Assembly (NCBI GenBank): GCA_016215655.1
Contig: JACRIT010000085.1
Span: 39,007 to 103,006 of the forward strand
Reading direction: 5' to 3'
Source: Acidimicrobiia bacterium
Lineage (GTDB): Bacteria > Actinomycetota > Acidimicrobiia > Spongiisociales > UBA11373
Length of the DNA stretch: 64,000 bases
A program made the translations under genes and the position numbers. How positions within the stretch are numbered: position 1 is the first letter of the stretch; the number at the start of each line of letters is the position of its first letter. The notes beneath the pieces are model-generated. The model saw nothing but the letters and a program-made list of their open reading frames with translations, ran no database searches and was not told the DNA's origin. Of the stretch, positions 1-10,112 are shown one piece after another.

Positions 1-1710
1 AATGGAGGATGTGGGTCCCGGTGTGGCTCTTGCGAATGCGTTCCCGACGACCGGCGTCGACCGACAGCATCGCCCGCTGGCCGACGGCGATCTTCCCGGA
101 TTCGATGGAGCCCTTGTGGCCGTGGAGACCGGCCACCGGCAACTGGGTATCCGTGATGCGGACGGTCCCGGTCTCCGTCGTCGCGCTCCCGGTATCGCCG
201 ATCTGACCACCGGACTCCCCATAGAACGTGGTTCCGGCGAAGAACACCTCGACCTCCGCTCCCGCAGGAGCCTCGCGCACGAGCTCCCCGTCGCGGATGA
301 TGGCGAGCACTTCGGCGTCGAGATCGAGTTGCTCGTAGCCGAGGAACGGGGTGGCACCGTGGGCGTCGAGGATCGACCGATACAACGGCGAGCCCTCGGC
401 TGCGCCGGGCTTGGCACGAGCCGCTCGCCCTCGCTCGCGTTGTGCTGCCATCTCGGCATCGAAGCCGTCCCGATCGACGGTCAACCCGCGCTCGGCGGCG
501 ATCTCTTCGGTCAACTCCACCGGAAACCCGAAGGTATCGTGCAGCTTGAACGCGGTCGGGCCGGCGAGGACACCGCCGGCGTCCATGCCCTCGAGTTCCG
601 AGGCGAGCAGGGTGTGCCCGGATTCGAGGGTGCGGCGGAATCGCAGCTCCTCGCGCTCGGCCATCTCGACGATGCCATCGCGGCCCGACCGCAGCGCGGG
701 ATAGCCGGGCGACATCACCTCGATGGTGGCATCCACCAGGTACGGCGTCACCGGGCGCTCCGCGCCGAGCTGCCAGGCATGTCGCACCGCCCGGCGCAGC
801 AGTCGCCGCAGGATGTAGCCGCGGCCTTCGTTCGAAGGCACCACGCCATCGGCGATGAGGAATGTCAGCGCCCGGCCGTGGTCGGCGAGGATGCGGAGGC
901 TGACGTCACCTGCCGCGGACGTGCCGAACGCCACCCCGGTGGCCGCCTCACCCGCGGCGAGCACGGGGTGCAGGAGATCGGTGGCGAACACGTTGTCGAC
1001 GCCCTGGGTGAGCACCGCCACCCGCTCCAACCCCGACCCGGTGTCGATCGACTTGGCCGGAAGATCGCCCACGACGTGATAGGGGACGTCCTGCACGTAC
1101 TGCATGAAGACCAGGTTCCAGAACTCCATGAACCGCTCTTCGTCGGCCACGGGTCCGCCGTCGACCCCGAACTCCGGTCCGCGGTCGTAGAAGAGCTCGG
1201 AGCAGGGACCCGCCGGGCCCGCCACCCCCATCTGCCAGAAGTTGTCCCGGTCGCGCCGCTGCACCCGGTTGGCCGGCACACCCACCTTGTCGATCCAGAT
1301 CTCCGCCGCGTCATCGTCGCTGTGGTGCACGGTGAACCACAGTCGTTCGGGGTCGAAGCCGAGGACCTCGGTGGAGAACTCGTATGCCCAGGGAATCGCC
1401 CGTTCCTTGAAGTAGTCGCCGAAGGAGAAGTTCCCCAGCATCTCGAAGAACGAGAGGTGCCGCGCCGTGGTGCCGACGATGTCGATGTCCACGGTGCGGA
1501 TGCACTTCTGCGACGTCGTGGCCCGCGGGTACGGGGCGGGCTCGTCGCCGAGGAGGTAGGGCTTGAAGGGCACCATCCCCGCCACGGTGAGCAGCAGGGT
1601 CGGGTCCACGGGGATCAGCGACGCCGACGGCACGACGGTATGGGCACGCGCCGCGAAGAACTCGAGGTAGGCCTTGCGGATCTCGGCGCCGCCGATGGGA
1701 TGGCTCGACA
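1..1710 (-). CDS. alaS: alanine--tRNA ligase, N-terminal ~570 aa (3-prime end beyond window start)
   Basis: Manual minus-strand translation from ATG (revcomp cat at 1708-1710): MSSHPIGGAEIRKAYLEFFAARAHTVVPSASLIPVDPTLLLTVAGMVPFKPY...TSQKCIRTVDIDIVGTTARHLSFFEMLGNFSFGDYFKERAIPWAYEF..., which are class II AlaRS catalytic-core motifs. Absent from the ORF track because no stop occurs inside the window. The long plus-strand ORF 2..2209 is its antisense. Confidence 0.85.
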
Positions 1711-1751
1711 TCGAGCGGAGAGTACCGGAGTCGGGACTCACCGCCCCCCGA

Positions 1752-3077
1752 TCAGCGCCGGCGACCCATCCGGCGATCGATCTCGGCGAGACGCTCGGCG
1801 AGAGCCGCTTCGGCACCGGTGGTGCCCGGACGGAAGAGCACCCGGTCTCGGGCGGCGTCCGGAAGGTACTGCTGCGGCGCGATGCCGTCGGGATGATCGT
1901 GGGGATACACGTATCCCACTCCGTGGCCGAGCTTCTCGGCGCCGCGGTAGCCCGTGGAGCGCAGGTGGGGAGGCACGACCGCAGCCGGAGTCTCGGCCAC
2001 CGCGGCCGAGGCTGCCGCCATGGTGCGCCCTATGGTGTTCGACTTCGGCGCCGTGGCCAGATAGAGGGTGGCGTGGTAGAGGGCGTACCCGGCCTCGGGG
2101 AGCCCGACGAACTGGAGGGCCTGCGAGGCCGCCACCGCCACCTGGAGACCCCGGCTGTCGCCGAGCCCGACGTCCTCGGAGGCGAGGATCACGAGGCGTC
2201 GGGCGATGAACTCGGGGTCCTCACCGGCGGCGAGCATCACCTGGAGCCAGTAGGCGGCGGCATCGGGATCCGATCCCCGCACGCTCTTGATGAACGCCGA
2301 GATCACGTCGAAGTGCTGGTCACCTGCCCGGTCGTAGCGGATGATGCGGCGCTGCAGCGCTTCCTCGACCGCGGGGACGTCGACCACGTCCGATCCGCGA
2401 CCGGCGGCGATGAGCGCGGCGACTTCGAGGGCGTTCAGCGCGAGACGGGCGTCGCCACCCGAGCGCTCTCCCAGCAGGGCGCGCGCCTCGGGGGTGATGC
2501 CGGGCGGCTCACCGATTCCTCGCTCGTCGGCAAAGGCGCGATCCACGAGCGCCTCGACCTCTGCGGGCAGAAGCGACTCGAGCCGGAACAGGGTGCTGCG
2601 CGAGATGAGCGGAGAGTTCACCTCGAAGAAGGGATTCTCGGTGGTGGCGCCCACCAGGATCACGATCCCGGTTTCGACTCCGGGGAGCAGGGCATCCTGC
2701 TGCGCCTTCGAGAACCGGTGGATCTCGTCGAGGAAGAGGACGGTGCGACGCTCGTCCTGCTCCAGCCGTTGGGTTGCCGCGGCGAGGACGTCGCGCACGT
2801 CCTTCACCCCGGCACTCGTGGCCGAGAGCGATGCAAAGGCCGCCTGGCTCGCCGAGGCCACCAGACCGGCCAGGGTGGTCTTGCCGGTCCCGGGCGGCCC
2901 CCACAGGATCATCGACACGGGCCGGCCGGCTCGCACCATCTCCCCAAAGGCCGCTCCCGGAGCGAGGAGGTGGCGCTGGCCCACGACCTCATCGAGGGTG
3001 CGAGGGCGCAGGCGGGCGGCGAGTGGTTCGGCGGACCGGCGATGGGCTGCGCGCTCTCCGGAGAACAGGTCGTCCAT
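1752..3077 (-). CDS. rarA: replication-associated recombination protein A (AAA+ ATPase)
   Basis: 441 aa; Walker A ILWGPPGTGKTTLA, VLFLDEIHRF, and the C-terminal MgsA/RarA helical domain (YDRAGDQHFDVISAFIKSVRGSDPDAA). Immediately upstream of alaS, as in other actinobacteria. Confidence 0.9.
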   Translation of the reverse strand: MDDLFSGERAAHRRSAEPLAARLRPRTLDEVVGQRHLLAPGAAFGEMVRAGRPVSMILWGPPGTGKTTLAGLVASASQAAFASLSATSAGVKDVRDVLAAATQRLEQDERRTVLFLDEIHRFSKAQQDALLPGVETGIVILVGATTENPFFEVNSPLISRSTLFRLESLLPAEVEALVDRAFADERGIGEPPGITPEARALLGERSGGDARLALNALEVAALIAAGRGSDVVDVPAVEEALQRRIIRYDRAGDQHFDVISAFIKSVRGSDPDAAAYWLQVMLAAGEDPEFIARRLVILASEDVGLGDSRGLQVAVAASQALQFVGLPEAGYALYHATLYLATAPKSNTIGRTMAAASAAVAETPAAVVPPHLRSTGYRGAEKLGHGVGYVYPHDHPDGIAPQQYLPDAARDRVLFRPGTTGAEAALAERLAEIDRRMGRRR

Positions 3078-4863
3078 CAGGTTGGGGTCGGCTCCCCCGC
3101 CAGGGACTCGCGCACGTCGGGGCGGAGGTCGATGCCGAGCTCCTGGAGCTGGAACTCGTCGACGAGACTCGGCGAGTCGGTCATGGGGTCGTAGCCGGTC
3201 TGGGTCTTGGGAAACGGCATGACCTCACGAATGTTCGGCTCGTTCTGCAGCACCATGACGAATCGATCGAGGCCGACGGCGAAGCCGGCGTGAGGCGGGG
3301 TGCCATAGCGCAGCGCCCGCATGAACCAGCCGAAGCGCGACTCGGCCTCCCGGTCGGAGATGCCGAGCACCGAGAAGACCTCGCGCTGCACCCGGGGATC
3401 GTGGATCCGCTCGCTTCCCGAACCCAGCTCGACCCCGTTGACGACGAGGTCATAGGCGCGAGACAGGGCGTGCTCGGGGTCGTCGCGCATCTCCTCCACT
3501 CGGTACGGGGCCGTGAACGGGTGGTGTTCCGGAGCGAGGCTGCCGTCTTCGCCCACCGAGAACACCGGGAAGTCGATCACCCAGAGGAACTCCAGGCGAT
3601 CATGGCCGGTGGGGCGCCCCAGGTCGATCCGCAGGGCCCCGAGGACCGTCCGGGTCACCTTCGGCCGATCCGCCACCACGAGCAGCAGATCGCCCCGCCC
3701 GGCGCCGAGCGCCCGCGTCACCGCCGCCAACTCCTCGGGGGTGAGGTGCTTGGCGACCGGCGAACGCACCGATCCGTCGGCCTCGACCACCATCCAGACG
3801 AGGCCCTTGGCCCCGAGGCCCTTGGCGCGCTCGACGAACCCGTCGAGTACCGACCGCGACACCTCGCGGGCTCCGGCATTGATGCCGGCGACGATCCCCC
3901 CGGAAGCGAGGGCCCCGGCGAACATCTGGAATCCGGTGCCGGCGAAGGCCTCGCCCAGGTCGACGATCTCCATGCCGAAGCGCAGGTCGGGCTTGTCCGT
4001 GCCAAAGCGCCGCATCGCCTCGGCGTGGGTCATCCGGGGGAAGGGCGTCGTCAGTTCCACACCGCGCAGCTCCCGGGTGACGGCCACGATCACCGGCTCG
4101 AGTGCGGCGAACACCCCCTCGCGATCCCAGAACGAGCCTTCGATGTCCAACTGGGTGAACTCGATCTGACGATCCGACCGAAAATCCTCGTCGCGGTAGC
4201 ACCGAGCGATCTGGTAGTAGCGCTCCACACCCCCGACCATGAGCAGCTGCTTGAAGAGCTGCGGCGACTGCGGCAGGGCGTAGAACGAGCCCTGGCGGAG
4301 CCGGCTCGGCACCAGGACATCGCGGGCACCTTCGGGTGTGGACTTCACCAGAGTCGGCGTGTCCACCTCCAAGAAGCCCTGGGCGAGCATCGTCGTCCGC
4401 ATCGCCCCGATCGCCTTCGAGCGTGCCACGAGATTGGCGGCCATGCGGGGACGGCGCAGGTCGAGATAGCGGTACTCGAGGCGGCGGTTCTCGTCGACGT
4501 CCGCACGGTCGTCGATGCGGAACGGCAGCGGATCCGACGGCGACAGCACCATCACCTCGGCCGCGGCGACCTCGACCGCGCCACTGGGGAGTTCCGGGTT
4601 CACCGTGCCCGGCGGCCGCTGTCGTACGAGACCACCCACGGCGATGCAGAACTCGTCGCGCAGTTCCCTGCCCAGCTCGGCGGCGGCCGGGTTCAGCACC
4701 GGGTCCACCACCACCTGCACGATTCCCGAAGCGTCACGGAGGTCGACGAACAGCACGCCGCCGTGGTCGCGGATCGTGGCCACCCAGCCGGCCAACCGGA
4801 CCTCGCGTCCGGCGTCGGACTCGCGCAACTCCCCGGCTCGCGCCGTCCTCAACGGTGCAGCCA
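3077..4863 (-). CDS. aspS: aspartate--tRNA ligase
   Basis: ORF 3077..4942; GWVATIRDHGGVLFVDLRD anticodon-binding OB motif, class II core, GGSERIHDP. Likely GTG start at 4863 (VAAPLRTARAGELR...), since the upstream 26 codons are non-conserved. Its stop overlaps the rarA ATG (TGATG). Confidence 0.9.
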
Positions 4864-6072
4864 CGCCACGGCCTCCTCGATGTCCATCGTCACTTCCTCG
4901 CCTGTAGCCATCGACTTCACCCGCACCTCGCCACGCTCCCACTCGTCACCGATGACGGCGACGGCGGCAGCACCACTGCGGTCTGCCGCCTTGAATTGCG
5001 ACTTCAACGACCGATCGCCGCCCGCCCAGTCCACTCGCAGGCCCTCGGCCCGCAGTCGCCGCACCCAACTCGAGGCGACATCCTCGCGTGCCGCGCCGGC
5101 GACGGCGACGAAGACGTCGAGCCGGGGCGATTCGAGATCGGGCATGGCGGCCACGATGCGGTCACAACCCATCGCCACCCCGACTCCCGGCACCGGGAGA
5201 CGGCTCCCGATGAGTTCGCCGAGCGGGTCGTAGCGCCCTCCGCCGCCGAGCGACGACTGCGCGGCCTCGAAGGCCGGGGAGAACACCTCGAACACGGTCC
5301 GGTTGTAGTAGTCCAGGCCCCGTACCAGCCGGGGAGCGATCTCGTAGCCGATGCCCGCCGCATCCAGCCCGGAGCGGACCGCGGCGAAGTGCGCCGCGGT
5401 CTCGGCACCGAGATGATCGAGCGGAACGGGAGCCGCCGCCACGACGTCTTTGTCCACCTTGGAATCGAGCACTCGCAGCGGGTTGTCATCCATGCGCCGC
5501 CGCGAATCCGGCGAAAGCTCGTTGGCGACACCATGGAGGAAGTCGCGCAGGAGATCGCGGTAGGTGGCGCGATCCGAGGCGTCACCGATCGAGTTGAGGT
5601 GCACGGTGATGCCGGGGACCCCGGCCTCGGCGAGCAGCCGATGCGACATCTCGATGACCTCGATGTCGGCGCGGGGACCGGGCTCTCCGAGATACTCCAG
5701 GTCGACCTGGTGGAACTGCCGGCGGCGGCCCTTCTGCGGCTGCTCGTAGCGGAACTGCGGTCCGGACGCGGCCACCTTCATCACCCCGGTGCCGCCGGCC
5801 TCGACATAGGCGCGCACGATCCCGGCGGTGAACTCGGGCCGGAGGGTCACCGAGCGCCCCCCGCGGTCCTCGAAGGTGTACATCTGCTTCTGGACGACCT
5901 CGGTGTCCGCGCCGACACCGCGGGCGAAGAGCTCCGTGGCCTCGAGCACCGGCATGAGCACGAGGTCGTACCCGTAGCGCGCCGCGAGGTCGTCGAAGCC
6001 GCGCAGCAGCCTCCGCCACCGGGCAGATTCCGGAGGCAGGATGTCGTCGGTGCCCTTGAGCCGAGGGATCAC
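4849..6072 (-). CDS. hisS: histidine--tRNA ligase
   Basis: Conserved HisRS sequence from VIPRLKGTDDILPPES onward (class II motifs, RPEFTAGIVRAYVE, GGGRYD). GTG start at 6072 overlaps the stop of the upstream MBL hydrolase as GTGA (translational coupling). The ORF-track N-terminal extension to 6432 overlaps the MBL gene and is not coding for HisS. Confidence 0.9.
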   Translation of the reverse strand: MIPRLKGTDDILPPESARWRRLLRGFDDLAARYGYDLVLMPVLEATELFARGVGADTEVVQKQMYTFEDRGGRSVTLRPEFTAGIVRAYVEAGGTGVMKVAASGPQFRYEQPQKGRRRQFHQVDLEYLGEPGPRADIEVIEMSHRLLAEAGVPGITVHLNSIGDASDRATYRDLLRDFLHGVANELSPDSRRRMDDNPLRVLDSKVDKDVVAAAPVPLDHLGAETAAHFAAVRSGLDAAGIGYEIAPRLVRGLDYYNRTVFEVFSPAFEAAQSSLGGGGRYDPLGELIGSRLPVPGVGVAMGCDRIVAAMPDLESPRLDVFVAVAGAAREDVASSWVRRLRAEGLRVDWAGGDRSLKSQFKAADRSGAAAVAVIGDEWERGEVRVKSMATGEEVTMDIEEAVAWLHR

Positions 6073-6719
6073 GTGCGAAAGGTCTCGAGGAACGGGTTGG
6101 TCTCGAGCTCCCGGGCCAGGGTAGTGGCCGGACCGTGGCCGGGCAGCACCGCGGTGGCCGGGGGCAGCGTGAGCACCCGCTCCCCCATGCTGCGCATGAG
6201 CGCATCGAAATCGCCACCGGGAAGATCCGTGCGGCCGATGGATCCGGCGAACAGTTGGTCCCCACTGAAGAGCACGCCCTCGGCGGCGACGTGGAAGCAG
6301 CAGTGCCCCGGGGTATGGCCGGGGGTGTGGATCACCGAGATGGCGAAGCCGGCGAGGTCGAGCACCTGACCGTGCCACAGCCGCTCCCACCGCTGCGGGG
6401 CGGCGAAGTCCCCCGGCGGCACCATCCCCCACAGCAGGCGCAACTGCGCCGCGGGATCCAGGGCGAGCCAGTCATCATCGGGATGGAGGTATGCCGTGAG
6501 CGCATACCGCTGAGAGACCGCTCCCGCCCCCCCGATGTGATCGGCATGGCCGTGGGTGGCGAGGAGGGCCACCGGAGCGAGGTCGTGGCGGTCGAGGAGC
6601 TCGGCGACCCCGGCGGCGTCAGGAGGGGCATCGACGACGACGGCCGCAGAGCCCTGATGGGCGGCGAACACCCAGGTGTTGGTATCCGCAAGCCACAGGC
6701 CGGCGCCGTCGAGGAGCAC
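6069..6719 (-). CDS. MBL-fold metallo-hydrolase (glyoxalase II-like)
   Basis: 216 aa with HGHADHIGG metal-binding motif, TPGHTPGH and a C-terminal GHG; same position as the glyoxalase-II-like gene next to hisS in mycobacteria. Confidence 0.85.
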   Translation of the reverse strand: MLLDGAGLWLADTNTWVFAAHQGSAAVVVDAPPDAAGVAELLDRHDLAPVALLATHGHADHIGGAGAVSQRYALTAYLHPDDDWLALDPAAQLRLLWGMVPPGDFAAPQRWERLWHGQVLDLAGFAISVIHTPGHTPGHCCFHVAAEGVLFSGDQLFAGSIGRTDLPGGDFDALMRSMGERVLTLPPATAVLPGHGPATTLARELETNPFLETFRT

Positions 6720-6810
6720 GGCCGGAGGCTAGGTCAGGGACACGCGCCCGGAATCGCCGGCATCTGCGGTGGCCCCGTCCGCCGCCATCCGGCGTCTCCG
6801 CACGGCAGCC

Positions 6811-8181
6811 CTAGAGCTCGTCCCACCCCACCATGACCTCGACGGTCCGGGTTCCGACGAACGGTGTGGACAACTCGCCCGAGTTGCTCACGGTTGGATT
6901 GCCGCTGACAAAGGAGACATGGATCGAGCTGGTCGTCGCGGAGTCGCACGCCTCCTCGGCAAGGAGCGACGCCTCGGTGAGCGACGGGTTGCCCGAAACA
7001 CTCACCTGCTGGTGGGCAGCGAAGATGCCCGAGGCGTGCATGCCGCCGCTCAGGTTGAGATCCTTGCCGGCCGCCACGACGAGATTGCTCCCCCCGACAT
7101 GGGGGACGATCGTGGGGCTCCCCGAGATCGACACATCGCCGCCGACGGCGGCGGTGCAGTCCCCGCGAGCCTCCGCGATCATCGTCACCTGCCATGGATC
7201 GATGGACGAGCCAGGGTTCTTGGCAACCACGGCCGAGCCCTCGAAGAAGTAGAAGACTCCATCCACGGGGAGGTCGCTGTCGTAGGCCCATCTGGCGCCG
7301 TCCTTGGCGTCACAGCATCCGAGGAACTTCCACCCGAGCAGGGTCGTCGAGGCATCTCCGATCACCGACCCGGTGCATGGGCGATTCGCCGCGGTTCGCC
7401 CCATCGAGGGATGAGCCGGCCCGGCCCTGACCTTCCCATCGGGACACATGTCGAACTGGCTTCGGTCCCACAACGACCGCGGAGCCACGACCGGTATCTC
7501 GACGGGACTCTGGTTGCCGGGGGCGGCACATTCGGCACCATCGACGACCGATCCGGAGATCCTCGCCCCTCCTGAAGCGGAGACACACCCGGCAACGGAG
7601 ACCGAGCCCGAGGCCTCGAGGAATCCGTTGGCATGGATGCCGACCTTGCGGCCCGACGTGACCGCCGGATTGCCATTGAGCCCGAGGTCGCCACCCGACA
7701 GCATGGCATAGGTGGCAAACCAGCCTCCGGGCACCTGCCGGGTGCCGAGTTCGGCGCGCACGATCCGGACGCGTCGCTCTGCGGCGTCGCGGCTCGGCGC
7801 ATATCCGACCGCATACACGACGGAGACATTCACCGGCCGGATCACGACATACTCGCCCTGGGGCGCCACCGAAAGCCGCGTTCCCGTCACCGCCTCGGCG
7901 AGAGCCAGCACCCACGCTCGTTCATCGGTCCGCGTCGCGAAGCCCGGAGCGACCTCACCGGTGGTGAAGCTCGGATCCATCTGGAGTGCGAGCAGCCCCT
8001 CATCGAGCCCGGACTCGGCCACATGGAGCGCCTGCTCGTGGTCCGCCTCGAGGGCCACCTGGACCACCTGACGCGCGGCGCGAACGGTGAGCGCGGTGGC
8101 CACCGTCACCAGCGCCATACCGAGGAACATGACCATCACCAGGGCTGCCCCGCGCTCTTCGGTGTGCAGTGCTCGTGTCAT
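6811..8181 (-). CDS. TadE/TadG-like pseudopilin (minor pilin-like, beta-helical repeats)
   Basis: Start MTRALHTEERG|AALVMVMFLGMALVTVATALTV: short charged leader ending in G, followed by a hydrophobic helix (prepilin-type/TadE-like). 456 aa rich in SG/VSG repeats and Cys pairs, typical of Tad minor pilins or tip adhesins. Confidence 0.55.
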   Translation of the reverse strand: MTRALHTEERGAALVMVMFLGMALVTVATALTVRAARQVVQVALEADHEQALHVAESGLDEGLLALQMDPSFTTGEVAPGFATRTDERAWVLALAEAVTGTRLSVAPQGEYVVIRPVNVSVVYAVGYAPSRDAAERRVRIVRAELGTRQVPGGWFATYAMLSGGDLGLNGNPAVTSGRKVGIHANGFLEASGSVSVAGCVSASGGARISGSVVDGAECAAPGNQSPVEIPVVAPRSLWDRSQFDMCPDGKVRAGPAHPSMGRTAANRPCTGSVIGDASTTLLGWKFLGCCDAKDGARWAYDSDLPVDGVFYFFEGSAVVAKNPGSSIDPWQVTMIAEARGDCTAAVGGDVSISGSPTIVPHVGGSNLVVAAGKDLNLSGGMHASGIFAAHQQVSVSGNPSLTEASLLAEEACDSATTSSIHVSFVSGNPTVSNSGELSTPFVGTRTVEVMVGWDEL

Positions 8182-8185
8182 TCCA

Positions 8186-8704
8186 TCACCCCCACAGGTT
8201 CCGCAGTGTGATCTGAGATCGAACCCGCCGCTCGGTACCCCCGACGACGACGGCAAACTCCAGCGTGACCGCGGTCACCGCGCTCGGCTCGGCGGCGTCA
8301 TAGAAGAAGGTGGTGCCGGGCAGCGCCAGATCGGTTGCCGGGTGCTCGGTGATGCCGCCTGCGGAACGCTCCAGCATCCCGTCCACCACGCGCCACGTGA
8401 CGAGCTCCGCAGTTCCCACGACGCCGTCACGATTGTCATCGAGCCAGATCGTGAAGCTGTCCGGCTGGGCCACCGTGACCTCGATGGCCCGTCTGATGTC
8501 GCGCCCGATCAGGTTCTCGAGATCACGAATCTCCGAGGATGACACGTCATCGCGCTGGTGGAGCCGATCCGTCCGGGTCACGCTCGAGAACCAGGTGGTC
8601 ATCAAGGCGCCGAGGATCGCGATCCCCATCATGACCACCCCCAATTCGACGAGGGAGGCGCCCCGCTCATCCGGTCGCATCCGGGACATCCTGTTCACCC
8701 GCAT
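8186..8704 (-). CDS. TadE-like pseudopilin (prepilin-type N-terminal domain protein)
   Basis: N-terminus MRVNRMSRMRPDERG|ASLVELGVVMMGIAILGALM has Gly at -1 and Glu at +5 (prepilin cleavage/methylation signature). GGAG lies 6 nt upstream of the ATG at 8704; the start overlaps the upstream stop (ATGCGGGTGA). Alternative ATGs at 8689 and 8680. Confidence 0.55.
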   Translation of the reverse strand: MRVNRMSRMRPDERGASLVELGVVMMGIAILGALMTTWFSSVTRTDRLHQRDDVSSSEIRDLENLIGRDIRRAIEVTVAQPDSFTIWLDDNRDGVVGTAELVTWRVVDGMLERSAGGITEHPATDLALPGTTFFYDAAEPSAVTAVTLEFAVVVGGTERRVRSQITLRNLWG

Positions 8705-10020
8705 GACGACTCCACGGACGGCACGAAGAACCGGTTCACCATGGCTGACGTCGTCAGGCCCGACGGGTACAGCACCGAGGATCCACCCGAGAAGAGCACA
8801 TCGCCGGTCCCGTTCGGTCCGCCGGCGATGAGCGAGCCGATCCACGATGACGTGCCGCTCAGGACGATGCCGCCGTAGGGAGCAAAGGCCACTCCCTGAA
8901 CGGTGCCCGCGCTCCCCCCACTCAGCTTGAGGGACTGAGCGGTGGTTCCGAACGAGACCAATCCGCCTTCGGTGAACTGCTCGACCCGGTACTGGCCCCC
9001 TCCGGAGAACTCGATGAGGGTGTCGGCTACCAGCGGGCTGGCCTGCGAGGTGACGACCGCCCCACGCACCTTGATCGCGTTCGTGGCGTACACCGGCCCC
9101 GCCCCGTTGATGGTGACCGCGCCCTCGAACTCGATGGTTCCGTTCACGTAGATCGGTGCCGTGATCGTCTGGTTGCTGAAACGAACCGTTCCGGAGTACA
9201 CCGCACCGGCTTGGGCCGACGATCGGAGCTCGGCCCTCCACGCTTCGACGTCCGTGGCGGGCGGCATCGACACCACCACTCCGGCGTTCTGCTCGATGAT
9301 CCCCGCCACGTTCGCGGCCGTCGCCGTCGCCGTACCCCCCACCCGGATGTCGCCGTCGACCCGGGCTGTGCCGTCCTTGAAGTCGCCGTTCGCCAGGGCA
9401 GACGCGGTGTGCTGGCCGGCGCTCGATGACGCGGTGAAGGCACCACCGCTCATGGTCACATCGTCCATGGCGATCACCGCGGCATTGGGGAAGAAACCCG
9501 TGCCGACACGATCACCCGCGGCCGCAACCCGAGAGATGGTCGTTGACGCCTCATAGCTCCGTACCGCTCCCTCGAGGTTCCACTCGACGAAGACGACCAC
9601 CCGCCGCACGCCCGAGGACACGTCGGTGACATAGGTCCAGGTGGCGAAGGATGTGCCGGCCGTCTGCGCGCTCGCCCGTGCTGCCACCACCCCGGTGGGA
9701 CATACCACGAGCGGCTCGTCGGCGGCGATCCCGAAGGGCGCCCCGGCCAGGGCCGTGCCACTGCCGGTGAGATGCGGAGCTGCGGTGTCCACCGAGTACA
9801 GGGCGAGCTCCTCCCAACGGAGGGCCCGCGCCGCCTCGATCCGATCCGTCGCCAGGACGGTGGCCGCCTCCTGCATGCGGCTGTCCCGCGAGGACCGCAG
9901 GGCACCCCCGAGCACCGCGGTGAACATCACGAAACACAACGCGCTCAACATGAGCCCGGCGAGGAGTTCCACCACGGTGAACCCGCGATCGTCGCGCCGA
10001 AGCCGCCGCCAATGCCTCAT
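8695..10020 (-). CDS. type IV pilin-like / pseudopilin (prepilin-type N-terminal cleavage-methylation domain)
   Basis: N-terminus MRHWRRLRRDDRG|FTVVELLAGLMLSALCFVMF is a canonical class III signal (G at -1, F at +1, E at +5). 442 aa with Gly/Thr/Ser/Ala-rich beta-rich repeats (GTIEFEGAVTINGAG...). Confidence 0.6.
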   Translation of the reverse strand: MRHWRRLRRDDRGFTVVELLAGLMLSALCFVMFTAVLGGALRSSRDSRMQEAATVLATDRIEAARALRWEELALYSVDTAAPHLTGSGTALAGAPFGIAADEPLVVCPTGVVAARASAQTAGTSFATWTYVTDVSSGVRRVVVFVEWNLEGAVRSYEASTTISRVAAAGDRVGTGFFPNAAVIAMDDVTMSGGAFTASSSAGQHTASALANGDFKDGTARVDGDIRVGGTATATAANVAGIIEQNAGVVVSMPPATDVEAWRAELRSSAQAGAVYSGTVRFSNQTITAPIYVNGTIEFEGAVTINGAGPVYATNAIKVRGAVVTSQASPLVADTLIEFSGGGQYRVEQFTEGGLVSFGTTAQSLKLSGGSAGTVQGVAFAPYGGIVLSGTSSWIGSLIAGGPNGTGDVLFSGGSSVLYPSGLTTSAMVNRFFVPSVESSCG

Positions 10021-10112
10021 GCAGAGTTTGTCGGCAGCCGCCACTGCCGAGTTGAGGTACCGCCGCGCTCACACCCCGGTCCGACTGATCAAAGTCATGA
10101 TCCGCCCGGGGA

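Noticed and set aside
2-2209. 735-aa plus-strand ORF at the window start
   Set aside because: It is the antisense of alaS. The minus strand translates into an unmistakable AlaRS catalytic core, and the plus ORF is Arg/Gly/His-rich low complexity typical of antisense frames in high-GC DNA.
2774-5233. 819-aa plus-strand ORF
   Set aside because: It overlaps the aspS and hisS coding regions on the opposite strand, is R/G/P-rich, and has no motifs.
4336-6369. 677-aa plus-strand ORF
   Set aside because: Antisense to hisS and the MBL hydrolase; low complexity.
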